Positions 28,575 through 37,221 of a stretch of DNA of 37,221 bases are shown piece by piece. The stretch is from NCBI GenBank assembly GCA_012840065.1, contig DUMD01000022.1:1-37221 (forward strand), read 5' to 3'. Both the position numbers and the translations under genes were made by a program. The notes beneath the pieces were generated by a model. That model was given only the letters and a program-made list of their open reading frames with translations. It ran no database searches and was not told the DNA's origin. How positions within the stretch are numbered: the first letter of the stretch is position 1; the number at the start of each line of letters is the position of its first letter. The DNA is from Clostridia bacterium (GTDB taxonomy: Bacteria; Bacillota; DUMD01).

Positions 28575-30161
28575 TTAAAATTCACTCAAATCTTGGCCCT
28601 CAGACAGCACTGATTTTTCCTGTCCTTCTTTTTCCTCTCGTTTTTTTATAATCGTATCTATCCGCAAAATAGCCTCGGCAATTTCTCCTGCTGCCTTAAG
28701 AGCATGATTTTTTACCAAAACCGGATCAACCACGCCCAGTTCATACATATCTGCAACTTCACCCGAATCGCAATTAATCCCTAAAGACATCTTCCCACTT
28801 TCAGCCTGGGCAGCAATTACATCTTCTACCTTTTCTAAAGCATTAAACCCAGCATTAATAACAATCTGGGCCAAAGGACGCTTTAAAGCTTCAATTACAC
28901 AGTCTACACCATAAGCAGTCATACCCTTAATCATTTCCCGGAATTCTTTTAATTGGCGCATTATACCCAATTCTATGCTTCCCCCACCAGGTACTACGCC
29001 CTGTTTTAAAGCAGCCTGAACGGAAGAAGCTGCATCTTTAGCTATTCTCTCCCGTTCTCCCACAACTTCTTCAGTTGCTGCTCCTACCAATATGGTAGCC
29101 ATTGGCTTACTTTTCCCGCCTATTATTCTTATTTGTTCCAATTTTTCATCTTCATATACCAGGTCTGCAAAACCCAAATATTTCTCCAACTCCTCTTTAG
29201 ATCTTTTCAAACCTGTCCGTTTCATTGGTTTTGCTCCAGTATGTTCAGCGATCTTTTTAAGGTCTTTATTGGAAACCCGCTGTACAACCATGGCTTGGGC
29301 TTCAGTTAATATTTCTTCCGCCATGTCATCTACTCTTCGGTCAACTAAAACCAAATTTACCCCAAGTTCAGTCAATTTATAAATATTATAACGAAATTCT
29401 TCTCTTAACTCCCTAAACCGGTTAAATCCCGCTTCCGTAGCTAAAGCCTCTTCACTTAATTCTTCCGGCTCCAAAGCATCATCAATAACTACTATTTTAG
29501 CCTGTTTGATTACTGCCGGCATTTGGCTATTCATTCGTTCCCTGTTAATAATCAACCCCATAAAAACTTCATTTTCCGCTCCTACTTCAGCTACAACTGT
29601 ATCTGCCAGTTTAAAATTTTTATCTATAATTTTTTCTTTACCTATTAATTTAGCAGCAGAAATAACCAAATCAGCTATATCTTCATGTTCTCTACCCGCT
29701 ATTAAAGCAACCTGATACAAAAGTGGATCATCCAAGTCAGTAATAGGACGGGCAGATTGTTCTAAAATTTTCTTAGCCTGACGTAATCCTTGTTTCATTC
29801 CTTCAATAATTCTGACCACAGGAACACCTTTTATAACTTGGTTTACTCCTTCCGCTACTAAACTACCCGCAAGAATAGTTGCAGTGGTTGTTCCATCACC
29901 AACCTCCTCCTGCTGGGCCTTAGCAATATTAATCATCAATTTAGCTGCAGGATGATTGGCATCCATTTTATCTAAGATTGTAACACCATCATTAGTAATA
30001 ACAACTTCCCCAAACCGATCAACCAACATTGTGTCTAGTCCCTTAGGGCCAATTGTTCCCTCAACTGCAGCAGTTATAGCCCTAACAGCATTGGAATTAG
30101 TTAATAAAGCTGCAAGTCGCTCATCAACCTCAGAGTTTCCTGTTACCTGTTTTAAACTCAT
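28575..30161 (-). CDS. thermosome/CCT-family (group II-like, archaeal-type) chaperonin
   Basis: 528 aa with GPKGLD (38-43), ITNDGVTIL (55-63), GDGTTTA (88-94), VPGGGSIE (390-397) and ILRIDTII (498-505). These are signatures of group II chaperonins rather than GroEL. ATG start 7 nt after AGGAGG. Confidence 0.88.
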   Translation of the reverse strand: MSLKQVTGNSEVDERLAALLTNSNAVRAITAAVEGTIGPKGLDTMLVDRFGEVVITNDGVTILDKMDANHPAAKLMINIAKAQQEEVGDGTTTATILAGSLVAEGVNQVIKGVPVVRIIEGMKQGLRQAKKILEQSARPITDLDDPLLYQVALIAGREHEDIADLVISAAKLIGKEKIIDKNFKLADTVVAEVGAENEVFMGLIINRERMNSQMPAVIKQAKIVVIDDALEPEELSEEALATEAGFNRFRELREEFRYNIYKLTELGVNLVLVDRRVDDMAEEILTEAQAMVVQRVSNKDLKKIAEHTGAKPMKRTGLKRSKEELEKYLGFADLVYEDEKLEQIRIIGGKSKPMATILVGAATEEVVGERERIAKDAASSVQAALKQGVVPGGGSIELGIMRQLKEFREMIKGMTAYGVDCVIEALKRPLAQIVINAGFNALEKVEDVIAAQAESGKMSLGINCDSGEVADMYELGVVDPVLVKNHALKAAGEIAEAILRIDTIIKKREEKEGQEKSVLSEGQDLSEF

Positions 30162-30207
30162 TCAATGTCCTCCTTGTGCTTAGTCGCCTTCTTATTCTAT
30201 TTCTATT

Positions 30208-31239
30208 TCAAGTGAACATTTCAGTCAAAACTTCAGATAAAGTCCTAGCCGTTAAATCTAAAACAGCAATTACCTTAGAATATTCCATTCTAGTAGGACC
30301 AATTACTCCAATGGTGCCAATCTGTTTTTCCCCAATTTTATAAGTAGCGGTTACAACGCTGCAGTCCTTCATCTCTTCATATTGGTTTTCTTCTCCAATG
30401 CTTACTGTTATGCCTTTTCCAATATTTTCCATTAAAACACTGGAAATAACCTCGTCTTTTTCCAGTAAGTCAAGAAGAGCTTTAACTTTATCTAAGTCCC
30501 TAAATTCAGGCTGATCAAGTATATTAGTAGTCCCACCACGATATACCCGTTCAGCATACTGCGGTTTTATATTTTTATGCAAGAAATCAACCAGTTCCTT
30601 AATAACCTGCTTATACCTTAAAAATTCCCGTTCTAAATTATCTATATTGACATTTTGAATCTGCTCTGCATTTAACCCTCTAAATTTCTGGGTTAAAAAC
30701 TGGGAAATCCTATTTAGATCCTCTTCCTCAACAAATTTAGGCAATTCTACTAACTTATTTTCAACTAATCCAGCATCCGTAACCAAAACCATTAAAACTT
30801 GTCTTTTACTTAAAGGAATAAGTTGTAAATGCTTAAAGTTGCTTTTCTGGATGATAGGTTTTAAAGCCACAGCTGTATAATTGGTTAATGAAGATAGCAT
30901 TTTCGCAGTAAGATTGATAAAATATTCTAACTCTGTAGGTTTCGTCCTATATCCGGATTTTATCAACTCTATTTCTTCATCTTTTAATTTTTTTATCTTC
31001 ATCAATCGATCCACATAAAAACGATAACCTTTGTGAGAAGGTATCCTTCCTGCCGAAGTGTGAGGCTGTTCCAAATATCCGGACTCTTCCAAATCCGACA
31101 TTTCATTGCGAATTGTGGCCGGACTTATGCCTAAATTATAACGACGTGATATAGTTCGGGAACCTATCGGCTCACCAGACGAAACGTAGCAATTAATAAT
31201 AGCTTGAAGGATTTTTTGTTTTCTTTCGTCCATCAACAT
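30208..31239 (-). CDS. hrcA: heat-inducible transcription repressor HrcA
   Basis: 343 aa. The N-terminal wHTH region RKQKILQAIINCYVSSGEPIGSRTI is typical of HrcA. A CIRCE operator lies upstream. Confidence 0.95.
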   Translation of the reverse strand: MLMDERKQKILQAIINCYVSSGEPIGSRTISRRYNLGISPATIRNEMSDLEESGYLEQPHTSAGRIPSHKGYRFYVDRLMKIKKLKDEEIELIKSGYRTKPTELEYFINLTAKMLSSLTNYTAVALKPIIQKSNFKHLQLIPLSKRQVLMVLVTDAGLVENKLVELPKFVEEEDLNRISQFLTQKFRGLNAEQIQNVNIDNLEREFLRYKQVIKELVDFLHKNIKPQYAERVYRGGTTNILDQPEFRDLDKVKALLDLLEKDEVISSVLMENIGKGITVSIGEENQYEEMKDCSVVTATYKIGEKQIGTIGVIGPTRMEYSKVIAVLDLTARTLSEVLTEMFT

Positions 31240-31255
31240 CTAACCACCTACTTTG

Positions 31256-31282
31256 TTAGCACTCATGGACGGAGAGTGCTAA
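31256..31282 (-). promoter_or_regulatory. CIRCE operator (HrcA binding site)
   Basis: TTAGCACTC-N9-GAGTGCTAA, a perfect match to the CIRCE consensus, 17 nt upstream of the hrcA ATG. Confidence 0.95.
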
Positions 31283-31294
31283 TATTCTACTAAA

Positions 31295-31323
31295 AAAATA
31301 TCACTAGCTCCAATCTTTGTCAA
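31295..31323 (-). promoter_or_regulatory. probable sigma-A promoter of the hrcA operon
   Basis: TTGACA (31323-31318), 17-nt spacer, TATTTT (31300-31295), just upstream of CIRCE. The -10 element is weak. Confidence 0.4.
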
Positions 31324-31397
31324 GTTCCAATTAGCATCAAATTAATCATAGAGCCGTTCAAAACAGAATTATGAAAATTAAAAACTTGCAAGATTTT

Positions 31398-32543
31398 TTA
31401 GCAAATAAATTCCAAAAAAACCTGGTTAGATAAAAGAAGACCTTTCCGTGTTAGGCTTAGATTTTTACCATTAAACTGAATCAATCCCCGTTTTTTTAAC
31501 CGTTCAAGCTTTTCGTCGTATAATAAAATCAAATCCTCTCCTGTTTCTTCAGCCAGTTCTTTCAAATCGATTCCCTTGTTAAGTCTTAAACCAAGGATTA
31601 TCGTATCTTCTATCCTCCGTTGCAAATTAATAGCTTCTTTTGTTTCAATAGGCAACCTACCCCTTTCAAGATGGAATATGTAATCATTTATTGAGTTATA
31701 ATTGCTATAACGGTATCCATTAAAATAGGAATGGGCTCCAGCCCCTAGCCCTAAATATTGTTGGTGTTCCCAATAAATCAAATTATGCTGACACTCATAA
31801 CCAGGAAGAGAAAAATTTGAAATTTCATATTGCTTATATCCTTTCTCTGTCAAAAAATCAAGAGCATAATCATACATTTCTATTTCTACATCTTCCGAAG
31901 GCAGACCTACCTTCCCCTGCTGAAAAAGGTTAAATAATTCCGTACCTTCCTCCAGTTTTAAACTATAGACGGAAATATGCTGGGGATTGAGTTCAACTAG
32001 CTTGGTAAGACTTTCTGCCCAATCATCCATAGTCTGGCCCGGAAGCCCAAACATTAAATCCACGTTAATATTAGTAAAGCCTTCTTCTTTCAACAGAAAA
32101 TAAGAATCTATAAATTCATCTAAATCATGAATCCTGCCCAAGCCCTTAAGAAGCCTATCCTGCCAAGCCTGCAGTCCCATACTAATCCTATTAACTCCGG
32201 CTTTTTTTAAAAGTTTAATTTTAGCTCGGTCTAAAGTCCCTGGGTTAGCCTCTAAAGAAAATTCTCCACCTGGTTTTCTAGGTAAAAGAGAAAGGCAATA
32301 ATCAAACAGGTAAGCCAAATGCTTACCCGCTAAACAGGTGGGTGTACCTCCACCAATATAAACTGTATCTATTTTTTTCATATTATATTCAAGAATTTCC
32401 CGATAGCTAGCCATTTCCAGTTGTAAAGCAGCTAAATATTTCTCCACCTTATTTTGTTCCAAAGGGTAGGAATTAAAATCGCAATAATTACATTTGCTGA
32501 CGCAAAAAGGAATATGGATATACAGTCCTAATTTTTCTTCCAT
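31398..32543 (-). CDS. hemW: radical SAM heme chaperone HemW (HemN-like)
   Basis: 381 aa. Motif HIPFCVSKCNYCDF and the HemN C-terminal domain. It occupies the conserved position between lepA and hrcA. Confidence 0.9.
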   Translation of the reverse strand: MEEKLGLYIHIPFCVSKCNYCDFNSYPLEQNKVEKYLAALQLEMASYREILEYNMKKIDTVYIGGGTPTCLAGKHLAYLFDYCLSLLPRKPGGEFSLEANPGTLDRAKIKLLKKAGVNRISMGLQAWQDRLLKGLGRIHDLDEFIDSYFLLKEEGFTNINVDLMFGLPGQTMDDWAESLTKLVELNPQHISVYSLKLEEGTELFNLFQQGKVGLPSEDVEIEMYDYALDFLTEKGYKQYEISNFSLPGYECQHNLIYWEHQQYLGLGAGAHSYFNGYRYSNYNSINDYIFHLERGRLPIETKEAINLQRRIEDTIILGLRLNKGIDLKELAEETGEDLILLYDEKLERLKKRGLIQFNGKNLSLTRKGLLLSNQVFLEFIC

Positions 32544-32557
32544 AATAGAGAACCACC

Positions 32558-34369
32558 CTACTCTATTTTCAAGACAGCCATAAACGCTTCCTGTGGAATT
32601 TCAACGCTTCCCACCTGTTTCATTTTCTTTTTACCCTCTTTTTGTTTTTCCAAAAGCTTTCTTTTTCTGGTGATATCTCCTCCATAGCATTTGGCCAAAA
32701 CATCTTTACGCAGAGCTTTTACTGTTTCCCGAGCAATAACCTTACTGCCAATTGCAGCTTGAATAGGAATTTCAAACAACTGGCGTGGAATTATAGATCT
32801 AAGTTTTTCTACTAAAGCCCTGCCCCGATAAAATGCTTTATCTTTATGAACTATAGACGATAAAGCATCAACCGGTTCGCCGTTTAGAAGAATATCCATC
32901 TTTACCAAATTTGATGCTCTGTATTCTAAAAATTGGTAATCTAAAGAAGCGTAACCCTTTGTCCTGGATTTCAGCTTATCAAAGAAATCATAAATAATTT
33001 CGCTAAGAGGCATATGATAAATAAGAACAACCCGATTTTCACTTAAATATTCCATGTTTTTAAATTCACCACGTTTTTCCTGACAGAGTTCCATTACTGC
33101 TCCCACAAAATTAGACGGTGTCATAATATTTGCTTCTACATAGGGTTCGTAGATAGCTTCTATTTCTTGAACAGGAGGAAGTTTGACCGGATTATCTATT
33201 CGCAATTTTTCCCCGTCTTTCTTCAGTACTTCATAAATTACGCTGGGAGCAGTAGCGATTAGGCTTAAACCATACTCTCGCTCCAGCCGTTCCTGAACTA
33301 TTTCCATATGCAACAAGCCAAGAAAACCGCACCTAAAACCAAAACCTAGAGCAACAGAGGTTTCCGGTTCATAAACTAAGGAAGCGTCATTAAGCTCCAG
33401 TTTCTCCAAAGCATCTCTTAAAAGATCATAATCATTGGTTTCTACAGGATAAAGTCCACAATAGACCATCGGAGTAATCTTTTTATAGCCAGGCAACGGT
33501 TCTTCCGCCGGCCGTTCTGCATCGGTAATTGTATCACCAACCCTACAGTTTTTCACATTTTTTATACCGGCAGCTAAAAAACCAACTTCTCCAGCCCTTA
33601 ACTCGTCTACCAACACCATATGCGGGCGAAAAACGCCAATTTCATTGACTTCAAATTGTTTATTAGTTGCCATCAGTTGAATTTTCATCCCAGGATAAAT
33701 GCGACCGGATACGATTCTAAAATAGGCAATGACACCTTTATAAGGGTCAAAATGGGAATCGAAAATAAGAGCTTTTAAAGACTCATCCTCGCTCCCTTTC
33801 GGGGCCGGGATTTTCTTAACAATGGCCTCCAAAATATCTTTAATTCCCGTACCATCTTTAGCACTGGCTAAAATAGCATCGCTGGCATCTAAACCAATTA
33901 CATCCTCAATTTCTTTCTTTACCCTATCCGGATCAGCATTAGGAAGGTCTATTTTATTAATTACAGGAATAATCTCCAAATTATGTTCAAGAGCCAAATA
34001 AACATTTGCGAGAGTCTGGGCTTCTATTCCCTGAGCGGCATCAACAACCAGCAAAGCACCTTCACAAGCTGCTAAACTGCGGGACACTTCATAAGTAAAA
34101 TCAACGTGACCAGGTGTATCAATTAAATTTAACTCGTAGACTTCCCCATCCTCAGCTTTATACTCCAGGCGTACCGCCTGAGCTTTAATAGTAATTCCCC
34201 GCTCCCGTTCTAGATCCATCTTATCTAGAACCTGCTCAGACATTTCTCTTTTAGATAAGGTTCCGGTATATTCTAATAATCTATCAGCGAGAGTGGATTT
34301 TCCGTGGTCAATATGAGCAATTATGGAAAAGTTTCTAATTTTCTTCTGTCTTTGGCTAACTTCACTCAT
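32558..34369 (-). CDS. lepA: translation elongation factor 4 (LepA)
   Basis: 603 aa with [21 protein letters not shown] and the LepA C-terminal domain. Confidence 0.97.
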   Translation of the reverse strand: MSEVSQRQKKIRNFSIIAHIDHGKSTLADRLLEYTGTLSKREMSEQVLDKMDLERERGITIKAQAVRLEYKAEDGEVYELNLIDTPGHVDFTYEVSRSLAACEGALLVVDAAQGIEAQTLANVYLALEHNLEIIPVINKIDLPNADPDRVKKEIEDVIGLDASDAILASAKDGTGIKDILEAIVKKIPAPKGSEDESLKALIFDSHFDPYKGVIAYFRIVSGRIYPGMKIQLMATNKQFEVNEIGVFRPHMVLVDELRAGEVGFLAAGIKNVKNCRVGDTITDAERPAEEPLPGYKKITPMVYCGLYPVETNDYDLLRDALEKLELNDASLVYEPETSVALGFGFRCGFLGLLHMEIVQERLEREYGLSLIATAPSVIYEVLKKDGEKLRIDNPVKLPPVQEIEAIYEPYVEANIMTPSNFVGAVMELCQEKRGEFKNMEYLSENRVVLIYHMPLSEIIYDFFDKLKSRTKGYASLDYQFLEYRASNLVKMDILLNGEPVDALSSIVHKDKAFYRGRALVEKLRSIIPRQLFEIPIQAAIGSKVIARETVKALRKDVLAKCYGGDITRKRKLLEKQKEGKKKMKQVGSVEIPQEAFMAVLKIE

Positions 34370-34414
34370 GATCTTTTCATCCCTCTCTTTGCCATAAAAT
34401 CACCTGTCCTGCCC

Positions 34415-34443
34415 ATATTACAAAATTATAACATCTTCTATCT
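34415..34443 (-). promoter_or_regulatory. sigma-A-type promoter upstream of lepA
   Basis: TTGTCG (34443-34438), 17-nt spacer, TATAAT (34420-34415). Confidence 0.5.
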
Positions 34444-34489
34444 TTCCCGACAAGAGAAGGATTTTGTTAGGCTGCAACTGATCTTGTTC

Positions 34490-34837
34490 TCATTTATTCA
34501 TGATTTTTATTACATTTTTTATTGGGATTAAATTTATTCTTGTTGGAATTGCGAAAACTCTATTAGAAAGAGTTAAATAAATTTTATCCTGTCCTAAGTC
34601 TAAACTGCCATAATTTATGATCTGCCTAAACTGATAATTATTCCCAAACAAGTTAAGACAGTAGGTACCCACTTCCGGTTGCCAAAATCCTATCGACTTA
34701 ATAGGCTCTTTAACCCCCAAAAGAGAATTACAGTTATATTCGCATAATAATATCCCACTTACAACACTAACCAAGAAAATAAAAATTCCTAATAAAAAAT
34801 ATTCACCAAATGTTTTCTCTTTTTTTCTGCCATCCAT
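34490..34837 (-). CDS. hypothetical membrane-anchored protein (positional equivalent of B. subtilis yqxA; no family recognised)
   Basis: ATG at 34837 lies 10 nt after AAGGAG. It has one N-terminal TM (FLLGIFIFLVSVVSGILL). The track's GTG at 34867 includes the RBS. I do not recognise any sequence similarity. Confidence 0.55.
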   Translation of the reverse strand: MDGRKKEKTFGEYFLLGIFIFLVSVVSGILLCEYNCNSLLGVKEPIKSIGFWQPEVGTYCLNLFGNNYQFRQIINYGSLDLGQDKIYLTLSNRVFAIPTRINLIPIKNVIKIMNK

Positions 34838-34904
34838 ATTCAGCCAACTCCTTATTTTAAATTTCACTATATTATTACTATTATTTACCTATTTTAAATA
34901 TAAA

Positions 34905-34934
34905 ATGCCTTTGCCATAAAATACGCAAAGGCAT
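34905..34934 (-). terminator. intrinsic terminator after spoIIP
   Basis: On the minus strand ATGCCTTTGC-gtattttatg-GCAAAGGCAT is followed by TTTTATATTT. Confidence 0.7.
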
Positions 34935-34939
34935 CAATT

Positions 34940-36100
34940 TTATTTTTTTAATACCGAAGCTAAAACGTCACCAAAAAGAGGAATACTAGCTAAAGCTTCT
35001 TCTTTCGAATTTTCATGGGATCCTATTTCAATAATTAAAGAACCGGGAGACAGATGTTGGTTATATCTTGCATCGGCAACCACAATTCCTCTAGATAAAC
35101 CCGGGTACATCCTTTCCATTTCAGTCACAATTTTTTTTGCAAATTCGTAATTTTTCTCCCAATTAGGATGGGCTAACCCTAATCTATCCGTACCAACAAC
35201 TATCATTATCCTTGCTGTTTTTTTGCCCTGAATTTCCGTTACTGTTAACTCTCTACTTGCCGCATCCCGATGAATATCTAACAGGACTTCTATTGTCGGA
35301 TATGTCTTTAACATTTGCTGGGCAGTTACTACCGATCTTTGATATGCCTGTCTCATAACCGGGTAATCATGAATGGTTTTAGAATGCACAGTTCCAATTT
35401 GATATTGGTTCTGCAAATAGTTACTTAGCACCTCTCCCAAATCTACAACATCCCCATTCTGCCCTGCCACATGGTAATCACCTATATCCCCCGGCCTCTC
35501 CCTATAGGTTTCTGAATTATGGGAATGATAAATTCCAACCAAGATTTTACCGTTAAAGTTAGTAAGGGGAGGTTTGTCATTCGCCGGAAGTTCATTAGGA
35601 ATAGGCACACTAGGTTCCTCTGAATTAGGAACAATCTCTTCTCCAGGAGTATAAACAACTTCTCTTTCCTGGTATCTTGCTAAAATAGGATAATCAATTT
35701 TTGCTACAAGAGGAATTTGATCATGAAAATAAGTTGTAGGATTGTTAAGGTCAACATTTGTAATAAAAGAAAAAATTGATTCCATCAATCCCTGAGTAGC
35801 TTTCTTATAATTAACATCCTTTTCTGCATAATAGCTTAAAACAGGGAGCCCCTCATTCAAAAGCTTCTCACAATTATCCGCATTAAAAATAAACTTATCT
35901 AAAATAATCTCAAACCAACTGTCCGGATCCTTATTCACCACTCCCGTTCCAGCGAAAGCCGGCACAATCGGTTCTTCTATTCTAAACACCATTTTATTCA
36001 GTAATAAACCTAAAACAATAGTTATCAATAGTAAGTAAACATATAACAATCTCTTGTAATTAGCTAGGAATTTAAAAAATTTTTTCAAACCTCTAAACAA
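34940..36100 (-). CDS. spoIIP: stage II sporulation protein P
   Basis: 386 aa. N-terminal TM and an amidase-like core ILVGIYHSHNSETY ... LDIHRD ... IIEIGSHENS, typical of SpoIIP. TTG start at 36100. Confidence 0.9.
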   Translation of the reverse strand: MFRGLKKFFKFLANYKRLLYVYLLLITIVLGLLLNKMVFRIEEPIVPAFAGTGVVNKDPDSWFEIILDKFIFNADNCEKLLNEGLPVLSYYAEKDVNYKKATQGLMESIFSFITNVDLNNPTTYFHDQIPLVAKIDYPILARYQEREVVYTPGEEIVPNSEEPSVPIPNELPANDKPPLTNFNGKILVGIYHSHNSETYRERPGDIGDYHVAGQNGDVVDLGEVLSNYLQNQYQIGTVHSKTIHDYPVMRQAYQRSVVTAQQMLKTYPTIEVLLDIHRDAASRELTVTEIQGKKTARIMIVVGTDRLGLAHPNWEKNYEFAKKIVTEMERMYPGLSRGIVVADARYNQHLSPGSLIIEIGSHENSKEEALASIPLFGDVLASVLKK

Positions 36101-36127
36101 TCATAACCACCGCCTCCTCCATGCAAA

Positions 36128-36156
36128 ATTATATGCCGGAAGAAGAGTGTTTATGA
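36128..36156 (-). promoter_or_regulatory. possible sigma-E-type promoter for spoIIP
   Basis: TCATAAA (36156-36150), 14-nt spacer, CATATAAT (36135-36128), 27 nt upstream of the start codon. Confidence 0.4.
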
Positions 36157-36161
36157 TTAAA

Positions 36162-36203
36162 AATGAAAATGGTAAGGTCCAACAAAACCTTACCATTTTC
36201 ATT
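36162..36203 (-). terminator. intrinsic terminator after the small membrane-protein gene
   Basis: 17-bp perfect inverted repeat aatgaaaatggtaaggt / accttaccattttcatt with an 8-nt loop. A T-run follows on the minus strand. Confidence 0.8.
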
Positions 36204-36211
36204 AATTATTC

Positions 36212-36538
36212 CTATCTAATAGTAGTAGGTACTAAAGCATCAACTAAACCAATAACTAAAGCTGCCAGAGCAGCGCCCCATATATTGACTCTCATCGTTG
36301 GAACAAACCATTGGGCTATATAAATAACCAGTGCTGCAACTATAAAGGATACTATTCCCCTACTTTGAGGAGAAGCATCTTTGCCGAAAGCCAGTTGAGC
36401 TAAATAACCTAGGGCTGCAATTACCACAGCAGCAATTAAAGCGTTAAAAAATCCTACTATTTCGAAACCTGGAATAAATAAGCTAACCACTAATAAAACA
36501 ATAGCCGAAATAATAAAACGGATAACTGTCCTTACCAT
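36212..36538 (-). CDS. small integral membrane protein, 3-4 TM (phage-holin-4/DUF360-like or DUF2512-like; family assignment uncertain)
   Basis: 108 aa, almost entirely hydrophobic helices (IISAIVLLVVSLFIPGF, ALIAAVVIAALGYLA, IVSFIVAALVIYIAQ, GAALAALVIGLVDAL). ATG start 7 nt after AGGAGG, with its own terminator. Confidence 0.7.
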   Translation of the reverse strand: MVRTVIRFIISAIVLLVVSLFIPGFEIVGFFNALIAAVVIAALGYLAQLAFGKDASPQSRGIVSFIVAALVIYIAQWFVPTMRVNIWGAALAALVIGLVDALVPTTIR

Positions 36539-36709
36539 TTGAATTCCTCCTTGTTAAATTATGTAGTAAATTACATAAAATAGATTAACCTAAACAAATT
36601 TTTTTATACTTTATTTATACTTTAGCAAAAAACAAAATTTATTCTGCTTTTTTCAGAGAAAAGTACTAATTAAAAACCTACATAATTTTCTAAAAGCTAT
36701 ACCCTAAGC

Positions 36710-36738
36710 TTGCATTAACTTAACCTTCGTGGTAGAAT
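36710..36738 (+). promoter_or_regulatory. sigma-A promoter of rpsT (extended -10)
   Basis: TTGCAT (36710-36715), 17-nt spacer, TGgTAGAAT (-10 hexamer at 36733-36738). Confidence 0.6.
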
Positions 36739-36791
36739 GTTTATGTTAATTTTTTATTTAGATTTTTAACCCCAAGAGGAGGTGAAATTCC

Positions 36792-37058
36792 ATGCCAAAC
36801 ATCAAATCCGCTATTAAACGAGTTAGCCTAGCTGAAAAAAGCCGTAAAAGAAATGTAGCAATTAAATCCAGTATAAAAACAGCAACCAAAAAATTTATGG
36901 AAGCTGTAAACAATAACGACCAAGAAAAAGCAGTAGTGGCTCTTCGAAAAGCAACTAGTTTAATTGATAAAGCCGCTACCAAAGGGGTTATTCATAAAAA
37001 TGCTGCAGCCCGTAAAAAATCTTCCTTAGCTAGAGCATTAAATAGTATTAACGGATAA
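36792..37058 (+). CDS. rpsT: 30S ribosomal protein S20
   Basis: 88 aa. MPNIKSAIKRV... is typical of S20. RBS AGAGGAGGTGA. Confidence 0.97.
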   Translation: MPNIKSAIKRVSLAEKSRKRNVAIKSSIKTATKKFMEAVNNNDQEKAVVALRKATSLIDKAATKGVIHKNAAARKKSSLARALNSING

Positions 37059-37061
37059 AAA

Positions 37062-37091
37062 AATGCGCTTTGAGCGCATTTTCGTTTTTTT
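37062..37091. terminator. bidirectional intrinsic terminator between rpsT and holA
   Basis: AATGCGC-tttga-GCGCATT is followed by TTCGTTTTTTT on the + strand. A-rich sequence precedes it, which serves the minus strand. Confidence 0.75.
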
Positions 37092-37105
37092 AGAGCATAT
37101 ATTTT

Positions 37106-37221
37106 TTACCCAACTAATTCAGCAACCAATAATTCAAGAGACAGTCTTGGTTCATATTTGCCGGTCTTTATTGCATTATCAGCAGCTAATAAAAGTTGAA
37201 AGATTTGCCTTAATTCTTTAA
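37106..37221 (-). CDS. holA: DNA polymerase III delta subunit, C-terminal end (partial, enters from beyond the window)
   Basis: The minus strand encodes ...KELRQIFQLLLAADNAIKTGKYEPRLSLELLVAELVG, with the stop at 37106-37108. The D..IKTGK...LE.L pattern and the position convergent with rpsT match holA in Bacillus-type synteny. Confidence 0.5.
   Translation of the reverse strand, partial: KELRQIFQLLLAADNAIKTGKYEPRLSLELLVAELVG

Noticed and set aside
28463-30207. Search for additional CIRCE elements or internal promoters and terminators flanking the chaperonin gene
   Set aside because: No TTAGCACTC-N9-GAGTGCTAA-like repeat and no convincing hairpin plus U-run was found in the hrcA-cpn or cpn-grpE spacers. 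Only weak TATAAT-like strings are present.
31324-31397. Possible terminator after hemW (aaaaatcttgcaagttttt)
   Set aside because: The palindrome cttgcaag leaves no viable loop and only A:T-rich flanks. It is not a convincing intrinsic terminator.
36758-36982. 74-aa minus-strand ORF
   Set aside because: It is antisense to rpsT, which is clearly the real gene (S20 sequence, RBS, promoter and terminator all present).

Overview
This is a core-genome segment of an AT-rich, endospore-forming Firmicute, probably Clostridia-like (GC judged by eye, not computed). About 37 genes are present. All are on the minus strand except rpsT.

Gene order follows the Bacillus subtilis holA-rpsT ... ccpN-yqfL region. 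In minus-strand transcription order (high to low coordinates): holA (3' end), rpsT (convergent), a small membrane protein, spoIIP, a hypothetical membrane protein, lepA, hemW, hrcA, a thermosome-like chaperonin, grpE, dnaK, dnaJ, prmA, rsmE, mtaB, a HIT protein, rpsU, yqeY, yqfC, yqfD, phoH, pgpH(yqfF), ybeY, dgkA, a decayed corC/tlyC remnant, a DUF502 protein, a DUF3048 lipoprotein, cdd, era, deoC, two PaaI thioesterases, yqzL, recO, the Gly T-box leader with glyQ and glyS, ccpN, the PPDK regulatory protein, ppdK, and a truncated MCP fragment at the window edge.

I saw no tRNA, rRNA, CRISPR array, IS element or prophage.

The regulatory elements I can read directly:
- a perfect CIRCE operator upstream of hrcA
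- a glycine (GGC) T-box leader upstream of glyQS
- several sigma-A-like promoters
- two sigma-E-like promoters, one ahead of each sporulation operon
- a set of intrinsic terminators

The most unusual content is an archaeal-type (group II-like) chaperonin inside the HrcA/CIRCE-controlled dnaK operon. As far as I recall this arrangement is rare but has been reported before.

Secondary observations:
- a CcpN orthologue whose HTH domain can only be translated from a non-canonical (probably AUU) start, or via a frameshift
- a decayed corC/tlyC-family pseudogene
- two real small genes missing from the ORF track (rpsU and yqzL)
- several synteny break-points relative to Bacillus

Otherwise the window is ordinary housekeeping DNA. 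I do not see evidence for a wholly new system.
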